Origin: the human T2T-CHM13v2.0 reference genome, Homo sapiens
Direction: 5' to 3' (one strand)
Length of the DNA: 64,000 bases
Assembly (NCBI RefSeq): GCF_009914755.1
Contig: NC_060944.1
Under the pieces are notes generated by a model. That model had not been told where the DNA came from. It searched no databases and was given only the letters and a program-made list of their open reading frames with translations. Of the stretch, positions 12,785-26,948 are shown in pieces. The position numbers and the translations under genes were made by a program. How positions within the stretch are numbered: the first letter of the stretch is position 1; every line of letters begins with the position of its first letter.

Positions 12785-13160
12785 CTGCCTGCACTCTGCT
12801 CAGCTGTTCCCTCTGCCTGGAAGGCTCTTCCCCCAGATTCTTGCATAGCTGGCTTTTCCTCCCCTTTCCAGCCTTTGCTGAACTGACACTACCTCAAAAA
12901 GTTCCCCAGTAGCCACCCCAATGGAAGGAAGGTCTGCCCTGCTCATCCCTACCCATTGTTCTGCATCAGAAAAGAACACCCCACTGATTTCTTTTATAGA
13001 ACTCATGTAAATATGTTATTTTCTTGGCTTTTTATTATTCACTTGGGGCCACCATGGTCCTGGCATATCCCCATGATCTAGAACAGTGTCTGTGTCTGAC
13101 ATAGAGCAGGTGGTGCTTCATAACTGAAGAACAGATGAGTGAATGAACAAATGAACAATA
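12785..13160 (+). mobile_element. L2 3' fragment
   Basis: GCTGTTCCCTCTGCCTGGAAGGCTCTTCCCCCAGAT...TAGAACAGTGTCTG..GATGAGTGAATGAACAAATGAA. Confidence 0.7.
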
Positions 13161-14014
13161 GTAAAGGTAAAATCATTACTGAGCCAAAGCACTTCTCTTT
13201 GCCTACTCAGGTTACTCAGGTTGTAATAGTGCGATTTGGTGGCAGGGTTGGGTGTTGACTGGCAGTGCACGCCTGTTCTCAGCAGCTGGGCAAAGGCGGG
13301 GCTATCTGTGATGGAAGCATAGGACAGGAGCCTGCATCTGTGGATGGAGCTAAAGAAGATTCTGGGGAGACTGTGGGGTGGCTGGAGAGCTGGGAATTTT
13401 CTACCTGCAGAGGCCCCTCTGCAGTTCCTTTCAGACATGAATGGTTCCATCCATGATATTGCCTTGTCTAAAGTTGAAAATGACCCTGTAGGCCAAAGTG
13501 CATGATTCCCACATATATTTCTTGGGCAGCCAAATTTCCTAACTTAACTAACGAGGTTCCCACCAGCCTCATTAGGCCTAAGATGGCTTCCCCATCATGA
13601 AAGCTCTTTGTTTCTATGAAAAGAGCTCTTAGGAGCCATTGAGCGAGATCAGCTCCTGCTGATCAATGCTGAAGAGCACTCATGGGGAACCTTCCAGTCA
13701 AGATCAGAGTGCTTTGGCCTCCCAAAAATCCCTAGTAAAGGCCATTTGGCTTTCTGAAGCCAGACAAAAGGCAATTATATGCATTTCTATCTTTGGAAAA
13801 TGTATTTGAGGAATCAGTGGTGAGGCCTGAATGCAGGAGATGCAGAGAGTCTGGACTGCCTGGTGAAAAGGATGCTGGCCATGAAATCCCAAAGTCAGGG
13901 GACCTCTTCAGGTCACTTACAGGGTGACTCAGTCCAAATAGCACTGGAGGCGATCCACAGCCTGCCACCCATCTCAACCCTTTCATTTCGCCTCTGACCT
14001 TTCTCTTCTTGCCC

Positions 14015-14535
14015 ATATTTGTTCTTGCATAAATTTAACATAGTTACATTCATAAATTCCAGTTAATATTCTGCTTTCTAGGTAATGTATAATAAACATC
14101 TTGTATGTTTCCATGAGATCTTTGTCATCAACACTGCTGATGATTACATTGGTGCACCATGATTTCATTTACCACACCCTTGTAAATGGGCCTTTGAGAA
14201 TTATCTAGGGTTTTGCTGTTCTAGATATTGATGTAACACACATCTTTTGCTTATAGCTAGTCCTTTCCTCAAGATCATTTTCACACCTTGAATATCAGGG
14301 TGTGACAATATGTTCTCATATTGTCCCAAAAGCTTGTAAGAATTTGGATGGTCACAAGCAGTGCATGCATGATTTTCATTCCAACCTCACCAGCATTGGT
14401 CATTAATAACATTTTTTTCTTAAATGATTAACGTAAATCATTTTAATCTCCTTGGTTAGAACTAAGAATTAACATTTTTGAAAATGTTTGTTTAATTTTT
14501 ACATAATTTCATATGTGAATTTTTGTTTAGAGATT
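14015..14535 (-). mobile_element. Ancient L1M (L1ME-like) fragment
   Basis: Degenerate reverse L1 3' ORF2 motifs (GGTTTTGCTGTT..CACCAGCATTGG..AACATTTTT..TGTTTG). Confidence 0.55.
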
Positions 14536-14769
14536 TGCTCAGCCCATCCCATTCCTATCTGCATCTGTAAATTTAGGGTGTAAGTCACCATCCATGGCCA
14601 CCTCTGAAGAATAAAGAATGATATATTCAGGGGGTAAAGTTATAAACTGTGGGCAGTACTCAAAGCTTCAAATCAAGTCCTTGCAATGGAGTAGGGGCAG
14701 CCTCATTAACAAGGACAGCCACACTTTCCCCAGTCAAGTCTTGATATACCACAGGACTAAGCCAGTGGG

Positions 14770-14990
14770 TCATAATATTTATGCACTCTGTGCCTCAGGC
14801 ACTGTGCTAAGCACTTTACATATATATTTCACTTAATCTTTACAAGGTCACTGAGATGTAGACATTAGAATTTCCATTTTACAGATGGAGCTGAAATAAG
14901 TAAAGTAATTGCCCCAACATCACCCAGCCTAGTGAAGATTCAAACCCAGATCTGTGGATCCATAAAGCTATGATGTAACCACTGCATTAG
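14770..14990 (-). mobile_element. MIR SINE
   Basis: GGCACTGTGCTAAGCACTTTACA..CCATTTTACAGATGG..GATTCAAACCCAGATCTG. Confidence 0.8.
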
Positions 14991-15286
14991 CTTCTGAATA
15001 AATAAAAAAAAAAATCAAAGGGGTTAAAAAATTGAAAAACATGATACTGTCTCTACCCTACATGTGATCACCAGTCTCCTGAATAGATAAGTAGGGAGAG
15101 CCACAAAGCCATGTGACCTATGTCATTACAGGTCTTTGAGGTCAGGAAGCCATGAGGACAGAGGTGAGAATCCCTCACTGAGGAGCTGAGGAAGGCTTCA
15201 TGGAGAAGGCCATGTCCCATGGAGTACTGAAGCATGAATGAGAATTTGCCTCATGGACAAGAGTTGGGCTGAAGAGAGAAAGGAGG

Positions 15287-15447
15287 GCTGAGAGCCGGGT
15301 CTCGCCAAGAATGTGTGCCCGCAGGTTGGCAGGACTTACGAGTAACTACAGAAGGTAAGTTTTGGACTCGAATAGACCTGGTTTTGAATCCTGCTTCTTC
15401 TTGCTAGCTATGTGATTAGATAATCATTTCAGTCTCTGAGCCTCAGT
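15287..15447 (+). repeat. Local duplication, source copy (unique DNA plus 5' part of a MIR)
   Basis: 161 nt matches 16841-17001 with 7 substitutions and no indel; the MIR continues beyond 15447 only in this copy. Confidence 0.95.
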
Positions 15448-16434
15448 TTGCCCATCTGCAAAACAGGCACGATTGTTTCACCAGTTGTTGTGGAGACTGA
15501 AGAGCATATGGCAGTGATGTGCTCAGGCTGGTACCTGGCAGAGAATCACTGTGCTGCCATCCCTAAGGACCTCCCACTTTTCTTGTGCCTCATCTTCTGC
15601 TTCTATAAGCAAACCTGAGAGCGTGTCCCATGAGAAGTGGCCTCCAAGGACACACAGCTGGGAGCACATATTTTCTGCCCAAAGGAAGCAACCAGAGTGC
15701 AGTGAAAATCACCTGGTCTTGGATTTAGCTACACTTGGTTTTGCACCCCATTTATACCACTTACTAGCTTGGACCTCAGAATGTGGACAAGTTACTTACC
15801 TCCATTGAGGCTCAGTTTTATCATCTGTGAAATGGGGACAGTCAGCCCTGTCTCACAGGTAATAGGACACATGGGCCCAGTATCCTGGACATAATATACA
15901 TCAGTGTGCAATAGAAGGTCCCCAAAACCCCACCTCCTTATAATCAACACATGTGGGCACTGACTGCAATGGCCTACAAGAGATGTCCATGATTATGTTC
16001 ATCTACAGCCCCCATCTAGGGACATCCCCAAAGGCCCCTGGGGCCCTTCAACCTTCAGGGTGCCCAGCCTGGCAGGGCCTATGAGCAGTAGCTGTGCCTC
16101 TGCCCCGGAGACCAACTTCTCCACATCCCCCCCCAGCTATTGCGGGAAGAGGCATGACTCATTCGAGGGAAGAGGGTTGGCACCTTCTCCCCCAGCCGCA
16201 TGGGGCCAGCCAGCAGGCCTGTGGTTAAAGGACCTGCCTGGATTGCAAAACAAGCCAGTTTGCTGCATTCTGGGGTCACGTGATGCAGCCGGGCGCTGTG
16301 GATGGCCTTTTCTTCCCTCGCCCACTGACTCACTGCATGCTTGCTTGCAATCACATGGGCTCCCTGGGCCTCAGCTCCCCCAAGTGTTCTCGTTGCTGAG
16401 CTCATTTGGAGAAGAACTAAATTGGAAGGACTAC

Positions 16435-17420
16435 TTCCTTTTTTCCCTTTTTTATTGCACCATGACTATATAAATATATTCTCATTATGAAAAAAGTGTA
16501 AAGACTATCAAATATAGAAATATAGAAATGGGAAACCACCCCTCAGGCCCTACCACATGGCCTCTGCAGTTGTAAATATGGTTAATATTTTCCTGAGTGT
16601 CTTCAAGGGCTCTGTCTTATTTTTTAATTAATGTTAGTTTACACAAGAAACTAACATTCCTCCTTTTAGAAATATTAGAATATTACTAAGAAGGCAGGAG
16701 TCCTCCTTGACGCTGTCATCTCCAATCCCATCCAGAGACAACCACTATTATCAGTTAAGTGTTTCTCCTTCAATCTCTATTCTTTGTGTGGTGTGTATAG
16801 ATTACATATATGTACAGATTACATATAGAGAAACAGGAGTGCTGAGAGCCGGGTCTCGCTGAGAGTGTGTGCCCGCAGGTTGACAGGACTTACGAGTAAC
16901 TACAGAAGGTAAGTTTTGGACTCAAATAGACCTGGTTTTGAATCCTGCTTCTTTTTGCTAGCTATGTGATTAAATAATCATTTCAGTCTCTGAGCCTCAG
17001 TCTCATACTCTCATAAGAAAGGCTAGGTGTGGGGGACATTTCTATACTTATTTTCCCAACTGTATGTATGTATGTTTGCATAACTTGTATGTATGTTTCC
17101 GTAACTTGTTTTTTCACACATCAGAATGTCTCAGAGATTTTCCACATTGTTACACAGAGGAGCCACAATTTCTTTTAATGGCTGCTTAGTATCTAATACT
17201 ATAAATGTGCCATACCTTTTAATTGTTGTCAGGTAGTGACTTTAAAGTTGTCTCCATTTTTTTCTCTATTCACAAGCAATACTACGATGAATATTTTCCT
17301 ATAATCCTTCTTTGCCCACATGCAGGTATTTTTTGAAGGTTGACACCAAGGAGTAGAATCTCTAAATCATAGCTGCACATGTTTGGGTTCAATAGATACC
17401 ATTGCATGGCCCTCCCAAGA
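16435..17420 (-). mobile_element. Ancient L1M (L1ME/MC-like) fragment, interrupted by a duplicated segment
   Basis: CCAGAGACAACCACTATTATCAGTT..TTTTAATGGCTGCTTAG..TGTGCCATA..GATGAATATTT..GAGTAGAAT are reverse L1 3' motifs. Confidence 0.6.
16841..17001 (+). repeat. Local duplication, inserted copy of 15287-15447
   Basis: About 96% identical to 15287-15447, offset 1554 nt; sits inside L1M sequence. Confidence 0.95.
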
Positions 17421-18004
17421 AAACAGTTCCTATTCTCTTCCTAAGTATCTACAAATATGCATCCGTGTGCACATGGGAATTCACTTTCCAAGAGTTCATG
17501 GTAAAATGGTCAAGAGGAAGACTGAGAAATACAAAGAATTTCTTCTCCCCAGGACTGAAAGTCCTGTTGAGGGACAGCATAGAGAGTAAGGAAGTGCCAC
17601 AGAGCATTTAAACTAGATGGAAAGTATCCACCATTGACTACAAACTCACTATAGAGATGGAGAAATTGAGGCCTCTCAAAAGGAATTGACTTGCCGAGAT
17701 TCAGCTCCCAGTCCCTTCTTGCCAGGCTTACTCTCAGCAGTTACAATGAAGCATACCCCCTTGTGTAGGAGCCAGAAGGATAGTTTCCAAATTCAAACAT
17801 GATTATGTCCCCTCCTGTGCTTAAAATATTTCAGTAGCTAATTGTGCTCCAACTTCAAGACACCACCCAGACTTTTTTCACTGTTCTCCGGACAGACCCA
17901 GGATCTCTTCGGCCCAGGGCCTTTGCATATGCTTTTGGTGCTCTCTGGACTATTTCTTGCTCCTGCCTCTCCACACTCTCACATCTTGCTAACTCCTACT
18001 CATT

Positions 18005-18128
18005 CTTTTAAGAGGGAGTGTTCTTGCTATGTTTCCCAGGCTGGTCTCAAACTTCTGGCCTTAAGCGATCTTCCTGCCTCAGCCTCCCAAGTAGCTGGGA
18101 TTAGAGGTGCAAGCCACTGTCCCCAGCC
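18005..18128 (-). mobile_element. FLAM (free left Alu monomer) with TSD, inserted in an L2
   Basis: Single Alu monomer ending ..GCCACTGTCCCCAGCC; TSD CCTACTCATT at 17995-18004 and 18129-18138. Confidence 0.85.
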
Positions 18129-18288
18129 CCTACTCATTTTTGAGATCCCAGATGAAACATTCCCTCTGCAGGGAAGCCACCTTATCCTCCTTGAACAAAC
18201 CAGAGCCCTCTCATTATGTCTCTTATCATCTCACACTTCTCCTTCAGAGCACTGTTCACAGGTTCCATTTACATTTATGTGTGGAATA

Positions 18289-18490
18289 CAGCAAATTCTC
18301 ACTTAACATCATCAATAGGCCCTCAGAAACTGTGACATTAAGCAAAATGACCTACTGCATGCCATAGGAACTTACTTCTTGTTTATATCAATTAGCTTAT
18401 GGGAAAATGATTTTGTTATATAGCACATTCTTTGACTTAAAGTCACAGTTTCTGAGAACTTATCAACAATGTTAAATGAAGACTTATCAT
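18289..18490. mobile_element. TcMar-Tigger MITE (MER82-like) with long TIRs
   Basis: ~55-nt imperfect inverted termini (CTCACTTAACATCATCAATAGG..CTCAGAAACTGTGAC / GTCACAGTTTCTGAGAACTTATCAACAATGTTAA), flanked by TA. Confidence 0.7.
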
Positions 18491-19808
18491 ACTTAAAAAA
18501 TATGTGACTCACCTTCTGAGTCTACAGGCTATATTTCTTTCTACTGGGTCCCCAGCCTTTAGCCCAGAGTAGATCTCAGTATTATCTTAATGGATGAATA
18601 AATGAAGGAGTAGCTTTACTCCTCTTCCCTTACCCTGTGACCTTGTGGTCTCACTCCTCACATCTCTCCCTGAGGCTTTCCCTTTGTCATCAGAGCTGAG
18701 GAGACAGCCTTGAAAAGTTCATACCTTCAGGAGACAAGGCGGCTGTCTGAAAGTCACTGGGGCTTCAGAATCAGCCATGCCTGATTTCAAAGCCCATTCA
18801 GCCACTTGGATTCTGACATGTCACTTTTGTCCACTGAGACTGTTTCCTCATCTGTAAAATGGAGCAGCAGCCCCTGTCTTGCAGGATTGTGTAAGGCATG
18901 AGCACAGGCCCTAGCCCAGTCAGCTACCTATTGTGGGTGTTCAATGCTGGAGGAAGCCCCAGAGACACCCCCTTCTCATCATCACCATACTGTGATCTGA
19001 AGCAGGTTTCCATGCTTATGATAATACAATGTTAACACTCCCCATGTATTCAGATCTTTGCCTTGAATCTAGGAGGTGAGTTCAGCTCTAGCATCTGATG
19101 GAACCAACCAGTAGCCACCAGATGCAGATGCTAAGGGCCAACATGGGATGAGAAATGGTATTTCCAGATCCCTGGAAGAAAAGTTGGTCATAAGAGGAGA
19201 TGGAGGGGTATTTCCTGAGCTCCAGCTTCAGGAATCAGTAAGGGAGGCTGGGGGAACATTCTGCAGCCTTTGCAAGGGGCACATATGTAGTTTCAGAGCT
19301 GGGACCATGATCAAGAAGTCAGGAACACCCCAGAACTTCATACACTGCTCCTTTTGTTTCTTTCTTACCCATGGATGTGGACCTATGCCTTAAATCAGCA
19401 TTGTTTCTGGACTTCATCATTTGTCAAGTATTCACTAATGCCAGGTCCCCGACAGGTACTAGAGATTCCCTGGTGGGCAAGGCAGACATGGCCCCTGCCC
19501 TCCCAAAGCTGCCAGGCCAGTGTCTTGGCCTTAGCAGCAGCAAGGAAAGGGAGCTAGAGGGCTGGTGGCCTGCTTTGCCAGGTCTGGGTAATAGGAGGCC
19601 TTCTCGACAAAGAGGTGCTAAGGGATATTCCAGGGGAGCAAGAAGTAGCCTGCAGTCTGATCTTGACAAACAAGCAGCCAACCTGCTATGGGTCAGGAGG
19701 TGTCTGCTCTCTAGCCCTCGGCAGGGTCGTCTGGACAGCTCTCAGCCTTTCACCCTTCTCCAGTTAAGGGAGCAAAAGCAGTTAGTCTCCTGAAGTCAAA
19801 AATTGTAA

Positions 19809-20135
<327 letters not shown>

Positions 20136-20198
20136 CTTGTTCTGTTTCTATATTGTGTCCCTAGGATCTAGCACAGTGACTACCGTAAGAAATACTTG

Positions 20199-20411
20199 GA
20201 GGAAAGAAAAAAAGAAAGGAGGAAGGGAAAAGAGAAGGAGGGAGAAAGGGAGGGAGGGAGAGAAGGAGGGAGGGAGGAGAAAGGAAGGGAGGAAAGAAGA
20301 AAGGAAGAGAAAGGGAAGGAAGGGAGGAAGAGAGGAGAAGCAGGGAGGAAAGAAGGAGGAAGGAAGGGAAAGAGGAAGGGAGGGAGGGAGGAGGAAAGGA
20401 AGAGAGCGAGG
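20199..20411. repeat. GA-rich (GGAA/GGGA)n polypurine tract
   Basis: About 210 nt that is almost exclusively A/G. Confidence 0.95.
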
Positions 20412-21724
20412 GATTCTGTGAATGTCCTACATTCATTCACTCACTGATTTATTTACCCAACTTTCACTGGCCACTTCTCATGTACTAGACTATAGAGATA
20501 TCAACAAAGCAGGGGTAGTCCCTGCCATCATGAGTCTGCGTTCTGGCGCCTGCAGGGAGAGCACACTGAAAGCAGCATCTTTTTGTGCCTCCTGTAGAAC
20601 AGCAGCCCCAAAAAATGCTGAGCCAAATGCTCCACTGTCAAACAAGCTTGAATCTGCGCGCCCCTGCTTCCCTTCTTGGATTGACACATCAGAATATCAA
20701 AGATTCTGAGAAGTTTTGCAATAAAAAATGCATAATTAACCAGGTCTGTTCCAAACTTTTTCAGCCTGAAACCTGCTTTTTCTCAGATTGACATCCCAGG
20801 ATCTTAAAGGAATCAGGCGAGATCGCCTCCCTCTTGGCCCAGGGTGTGAGCCTCCCTGTCCTGTTAGGCCAAGTTTCTCCTCACCCAGAGCTTATTCCCG
20901 ACAGCACGCCCTGTGGAGGGGCCCTGCCGCCACAATTTCCGAAGCCTGGGTTTCTTGGCACCTAAGGGACTGCTGCCCTGACAGTGCTCCAGCAAACCAT
21001 GCCTGTGCCATCTTGCCCCCACATGTGCTGGAGTCATGGAGATACCTCCTGTTGTTCTATCCCTGAGACTTGAGGACAGGAAGAAGCAGCAGGAGAAACC
21101 ACAAGGGGCCGGACTCTGATTGGAACAGCAGGAGGGCTGGAGGCCTGGCCTGACCTGCAGGCCTGCACGATGATGCCAGAGCCCCAGGTTTTGGCAGAGC
21201 CTGAATCCTGCTTGCCAAGGGAATTTGGAAACTGCCAAACCCCTGTGCAGATGAAGACAAATATCAGCCTCGTGTTTCTGATTCACTTAGGCTCAGCTCA
21301 TCAAAGTGCTATTTGGTGAAAGCTGCTTACATCTCAACAAGTCAAAGGACCTCCTGTGGAATTGTGATTTAGCTTTGTCCAAAGATCTCTTGGCCACGGC
21401 GGAAGGATTCAAGTCATGCCTCTCCCACTTCAGGAAGAACTGTAGCCACTAGATATGCTTTGAGAAATGTACTTCACTTTTCTGAGCCTCGGTTTCCTCA
21501 ATTATAAACTGGGAGGTGGTACCAACCTGGAAGAATTCCTGTGAAGATTAAATAATTGAATGCATTATTTAAACCCCTAACACTTCATTAGTGCTGTATA
21601 AAATGGTGTATATTATTAATAATAGTATTATGATTATTATCAGCATCTGCACCACCACCTTTATATGAGTCAGTGAATCTGCAGTTATTAAGTCTGAAAT
21701 GTTGCATAGGCTATTGAGATAGAC

Positions 21725-22065
21725 TGTCATAGCCATGACCCACAATGACACCCCCTTCTCAGAATCCATGCCCTTCTGTAGTCTCCTCCCCAACAGTGAC
21801 CCTAGACTTGGACGTGTGACTTGTTTTGGCCAATGAGACATCTGCCCTGAGACTGCTTTGCCTATAGGAAGGTTAGGGTGACCCATGCCTTGGAGAGAGG
21901 CCCAGAAATCCCCAGCCATCCCAGCTGAATCCAGGTCCCAACTGAAGAGAACCATATGATGAACCCAGAGGAAACCGGCAGAAAACCCGCCCAGCCTAAT
22001 AAGTTGCTGTCCTATGCCACTAAGTTTTGGGGCTGTATTGTGCACAGCGCAAATACCTGGTATGA
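21725..22065 (+). mobile_element. MLT1-family MaLR solo LTR
   Basis: TGTGACTTGTTTTGGCCAATGAGA..CCCAGCCATCCCAGCTGA..ATGCCACTAAGTTTTGGGG. Confidence 0.7.
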
Positions 22066-22849
22066 CTATTTAGTTTACAGCTGGTCCATCTTCTTACCCA
22101 TTCATCTCTTCCTTTGCTAGTCACAGGACTTTTTCTTGTTCAACTAGACTCCTCAGATGGGAGAAATGTAGAGCCCGGAGGCTGGTTGGAAGAAATTATA
22201 TGTTTATTATCTTAATTCGAATCAGCCACCACCCCAGGCCACCTCAAATAGACTCACAGATTACAGATGAACCTGCCCCTCAATGCAATTAGCACGCCCT
22301 TCTCAGGACAGCTGGCCACTTAGAGCCCTGTGGCTGCCATTAGAACCAAAATACAAGTGAATTCAAAGTGATTCCAGACACTCCATGAATACAGGCTACT
22401 TACTGGGAAGGAACACCAGTCTGAAAATCTGAAAGAGGAAAAGTGAAATGCATTCGAAAAAAAAAACTAACTACAGTTTTATTGTTCCACAACACATACT
22501 GTAACTCACACTAAACACTGAAATGTTACCACCAACTGGTCCCTGGGTGGCTCTGATGAGTGAAGTGGCTTGGTTTGCAATTGGCATATTAATTGTTTGA
22601 ATGCAAACAAGTTCCTCTAAAGTATCTGAAGCTGTTCGGTGAAGAGTTGATTCTCTTAAACACTTCAATATTAATACTGCAAACATTTACCCTGTGGGTG
22701 GGAGCAATGACTCAGGGAAATAAATCTCACATCTTTGCCTTCAGCCAGGTCTTCCTCCAAGACTTCAGATCTATAGTAACCACGTGTTTATGGAAAGCAG
22801 CCCCTGGAATGGATTTAACAGTGATAGCTTGCGTGTGCCAATCGCTGTG

Positions 22850-23000
22850 CTAACCACTACTCATTTAATTCTCACCACCACTCTATGAGACAGGCATTGC
22901 TTGTCTCCCCACTTTACAGAGGAAGGAAAGGCAGCTCAGAGGGGTTAAGTGACTCGTTCAAGGTTATGAAGTTGTGTGACTCCAAGTTCCACACTGTGAC
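22850..23000 (-). mobile_element. MIR SINE
   Basis: TCATTTAATTCTCAC..CCCCACTTTACAGAGGAAG..GCTCAGAGGGGTTAAGTGACT. Confidence 0.75.
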
Positions 23001-24364
23001 TTCCCCCAGCCCCACTCTGCCTCCCCATCTTGCCTCCTGTGTTTCTTTTTTCAGTGCCTATGTCCATTGTAGGTCCATCCATAGGTCCAAGCCACACACC
23101 TTCCAAAAGACCTCTTGAAAATCTCTCAAACATGGCCACTCTCTGCACCCACTGTGCCATGATTGCCATCCCAGATAATCACAATGTCCCCTAACTGGTC
23201 TCTCTCCCTCCATGTTGTCTTCCTCCAATTCATTCTCTTAACCACAGCTGGAGTCTGTCTACCCCAAGCCTGAGCTCCGGAGCTTAAACCCCACACGGCA
23301 GAAGGAGCAGAATTTTCCAAAGATAGTCAGGAGGGTAGCTGGGTGCAATGTTGGAAAAATGGGGATGTGTAGGCAGGGACAGAAACCGAGGGAGGAAAGC
23401 AAGGTTCAGAAAGGAAGAGGTGTCTGTAGAGATCACTTTCCATATGCAGGAAAAGCACAAGAGAAAGTCGAGGTTAATCATCTCTCCAATCTTTGTTCCT
23501 TCTCTGCAATAATTTACCTCTGAGATTGGCCTGACTCTCTAATAAAGAACTTTGAAGTGTGCAGAAAAAATCCGCACACAAAAACCGTGGTGAAAAAGGC
23601 CCTGCAGAATCTGGACCCTACAGGCTAGAGGATTCCCAGCCAGATTCTTACACATACACCCTCCTTTAAAAACACCTCTATATCCATATAAAAGTCCCCA
23701 AATACCCCATGCTCTCTTCCACCTTGGGGCCTTTGCACAGGCAGTTTCCAGAATCCACAGTTCTCTTCTTTCTCATGAGTCCCTCTACTAGCCAATTCCT
23801 ACTTATCTTTCAGACTCCCATTTATACATCAGTTCCTTCTAAAAATGTTGCCTGAGCCTCAGGTCCCAATTAGGTGCCCTCAAAAAATATCTTCCTTGCT
23901 AACTTCCCCTCATTAACTGTCATTTGTTATACTTGTTTCTATTGATGGTGATGCTAATAACTATTGATAAATGAATAAATGAGTGATGTGTTTGCAACCC
24001 CAGTTTGGACTTGCCCAATCTGTGAGCCTGGGTCAAAGCGGTGCTATGGGCCCCAGGGCATGCCATGTCAGAAACAGACAAACCTCTGTCTAGGGAAACA
24101 TACTCTGCCTCAAAGTTGAGTAAGAACTTGTATCTAAAAAGAGGCCTTTGGCTTCTTGGGCTCAGCTGTGGAACATGCTTGGAACACAGCAGTGAAGGGA
24201 GACATGAAGACAGCATAGGAAGAGGCAGAAGTGAGGGAAATAAGGATTAACCAGGACCAGGGTTAACCAGAAGTAAGGGTTAACAAGGGAAGCCACTTCC
24301 ATTTTCAGTGGGTGTTCAAGGCAGGCAGCCTTCGGTTCAAATTTTATGTTCTACTGGGTCGTGA

Positions 24365-24649
<285 letters not shown>

Positions 24650-24689
24650 AAGGACTATTCATTGTTATTGGTAACCAGAGGCCTTCTTT

Positions 24690-25170
24690 CTATTTTGTGA
24701 ACATGCCAAGTTCTCTTCCCTGCCTCATGGCCTTTGCACCTGCTTTTCCCTGCACCTGGAATGCCCTCCCCCAGGTCCTTGCAGGGCTGGCGCCTCGTCA
24801 CTCAGATCTCATTTCAAACATCACCCCCTCAGAGATATCCCCTCAGAGATACATCTCCTCATGTATCCCCTCAGAGATACATCTCCTCATGTATCCCCTC
24901 AGAGATACATCTCCTAACCCACCTCCTCACGTTCCCCTCACCCAGTCATTCTCTACCTTACAACCCTGCTTGATTTTCTTCATGGCACCAGCCGATGTCT
25001 TAAGTAATCCTATGTGTGTATTTATTCTGTGCCTCTCCCGCTCTAATGCAAGATTCGCAAAGCCAGGACTGTATCTGCTTGTTTGCTGCTCTATCTCCCA
25101 TGCCTGGCACACACCAAAACTCAATAGGTAGTTATTGAATCAATGAATAAATGATTTTAATAAATAAATG
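24690..25170 (+). mobile_element. L2 3' fragment containing a 28-bp tandem repeat
   Basis: GCCTTTGCACCTGCTTTTCCCTGCACCTGGAATGCCCT...CTCAATAGGTAGTTATTGAATCAATGAATAAATG. Confidence 0.75.
24827..24915. repeat. 28-bp minisatellite (CCTCAGAGATACATCTCCTCATGTATCC) x~2.7 plus a 14-bp partial unit
   Basis: Units start at 24841, 24869 and 24897 and are identical where they overlap. Confidence 0.93.
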
Positions 25171-25558
25171 AGTAAAAGACGCCAGAGTGAAGTCCCAGCC
25201 CTTGGGAGCAGAAGGTAAGAAAGGTAAAAGCAGAAATTAAGTAACAATGCAGGGACCCAAGGCAACCCAGTGATCTCACTTTGGTAGCAAAACCCACTCC
25301 AGAGCCACCAGTGATTTCCTAATACACAGTCTGCCCTTCAAATAGGAGGTGTCCTGAGCCTGCTGCTAAACAGAGCAGGGCAGTGTCTTCAGCCTCTGCA
25401 CCAGGGGCTCAGAAATAAGCTTCTAGTTTGCTGGTTCTCAAACTACCTCAAGGCTCCACCCATTCCCTCCCTTGCATCCCTCGCCCAGCTCCTTCTTCAG
25501 CCTGATGTGTCCATCTGCACCAATGACCCAGAGGGATGAAAAAACAGCCTGATTTTCT

Positions 25559-26948
<1,390 letters not shown>

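Noticed and set aside
20137-20447. Lys/Glu/Arg/Gly-rich and Ser/Pro/Phe/Leu-rich ORFs on both strands
   Set aside because: Translation artefacts of the polypurine tract, which lacks stop codons; the same applies to 29862-30409 and 3502-3753.
22552-22620. CTGATGAG resembling a hammerhead ribozyme core
   Set aside because: No properly placed stem II, CGAAA or stem III/UH cleavage site follows.
24827-24915. Hairpin-containing 28-bp repeats resembling a CRISPR array
   Set aside because: No unique spacers, no cas genes and a primate context; it is a tandem repeat.
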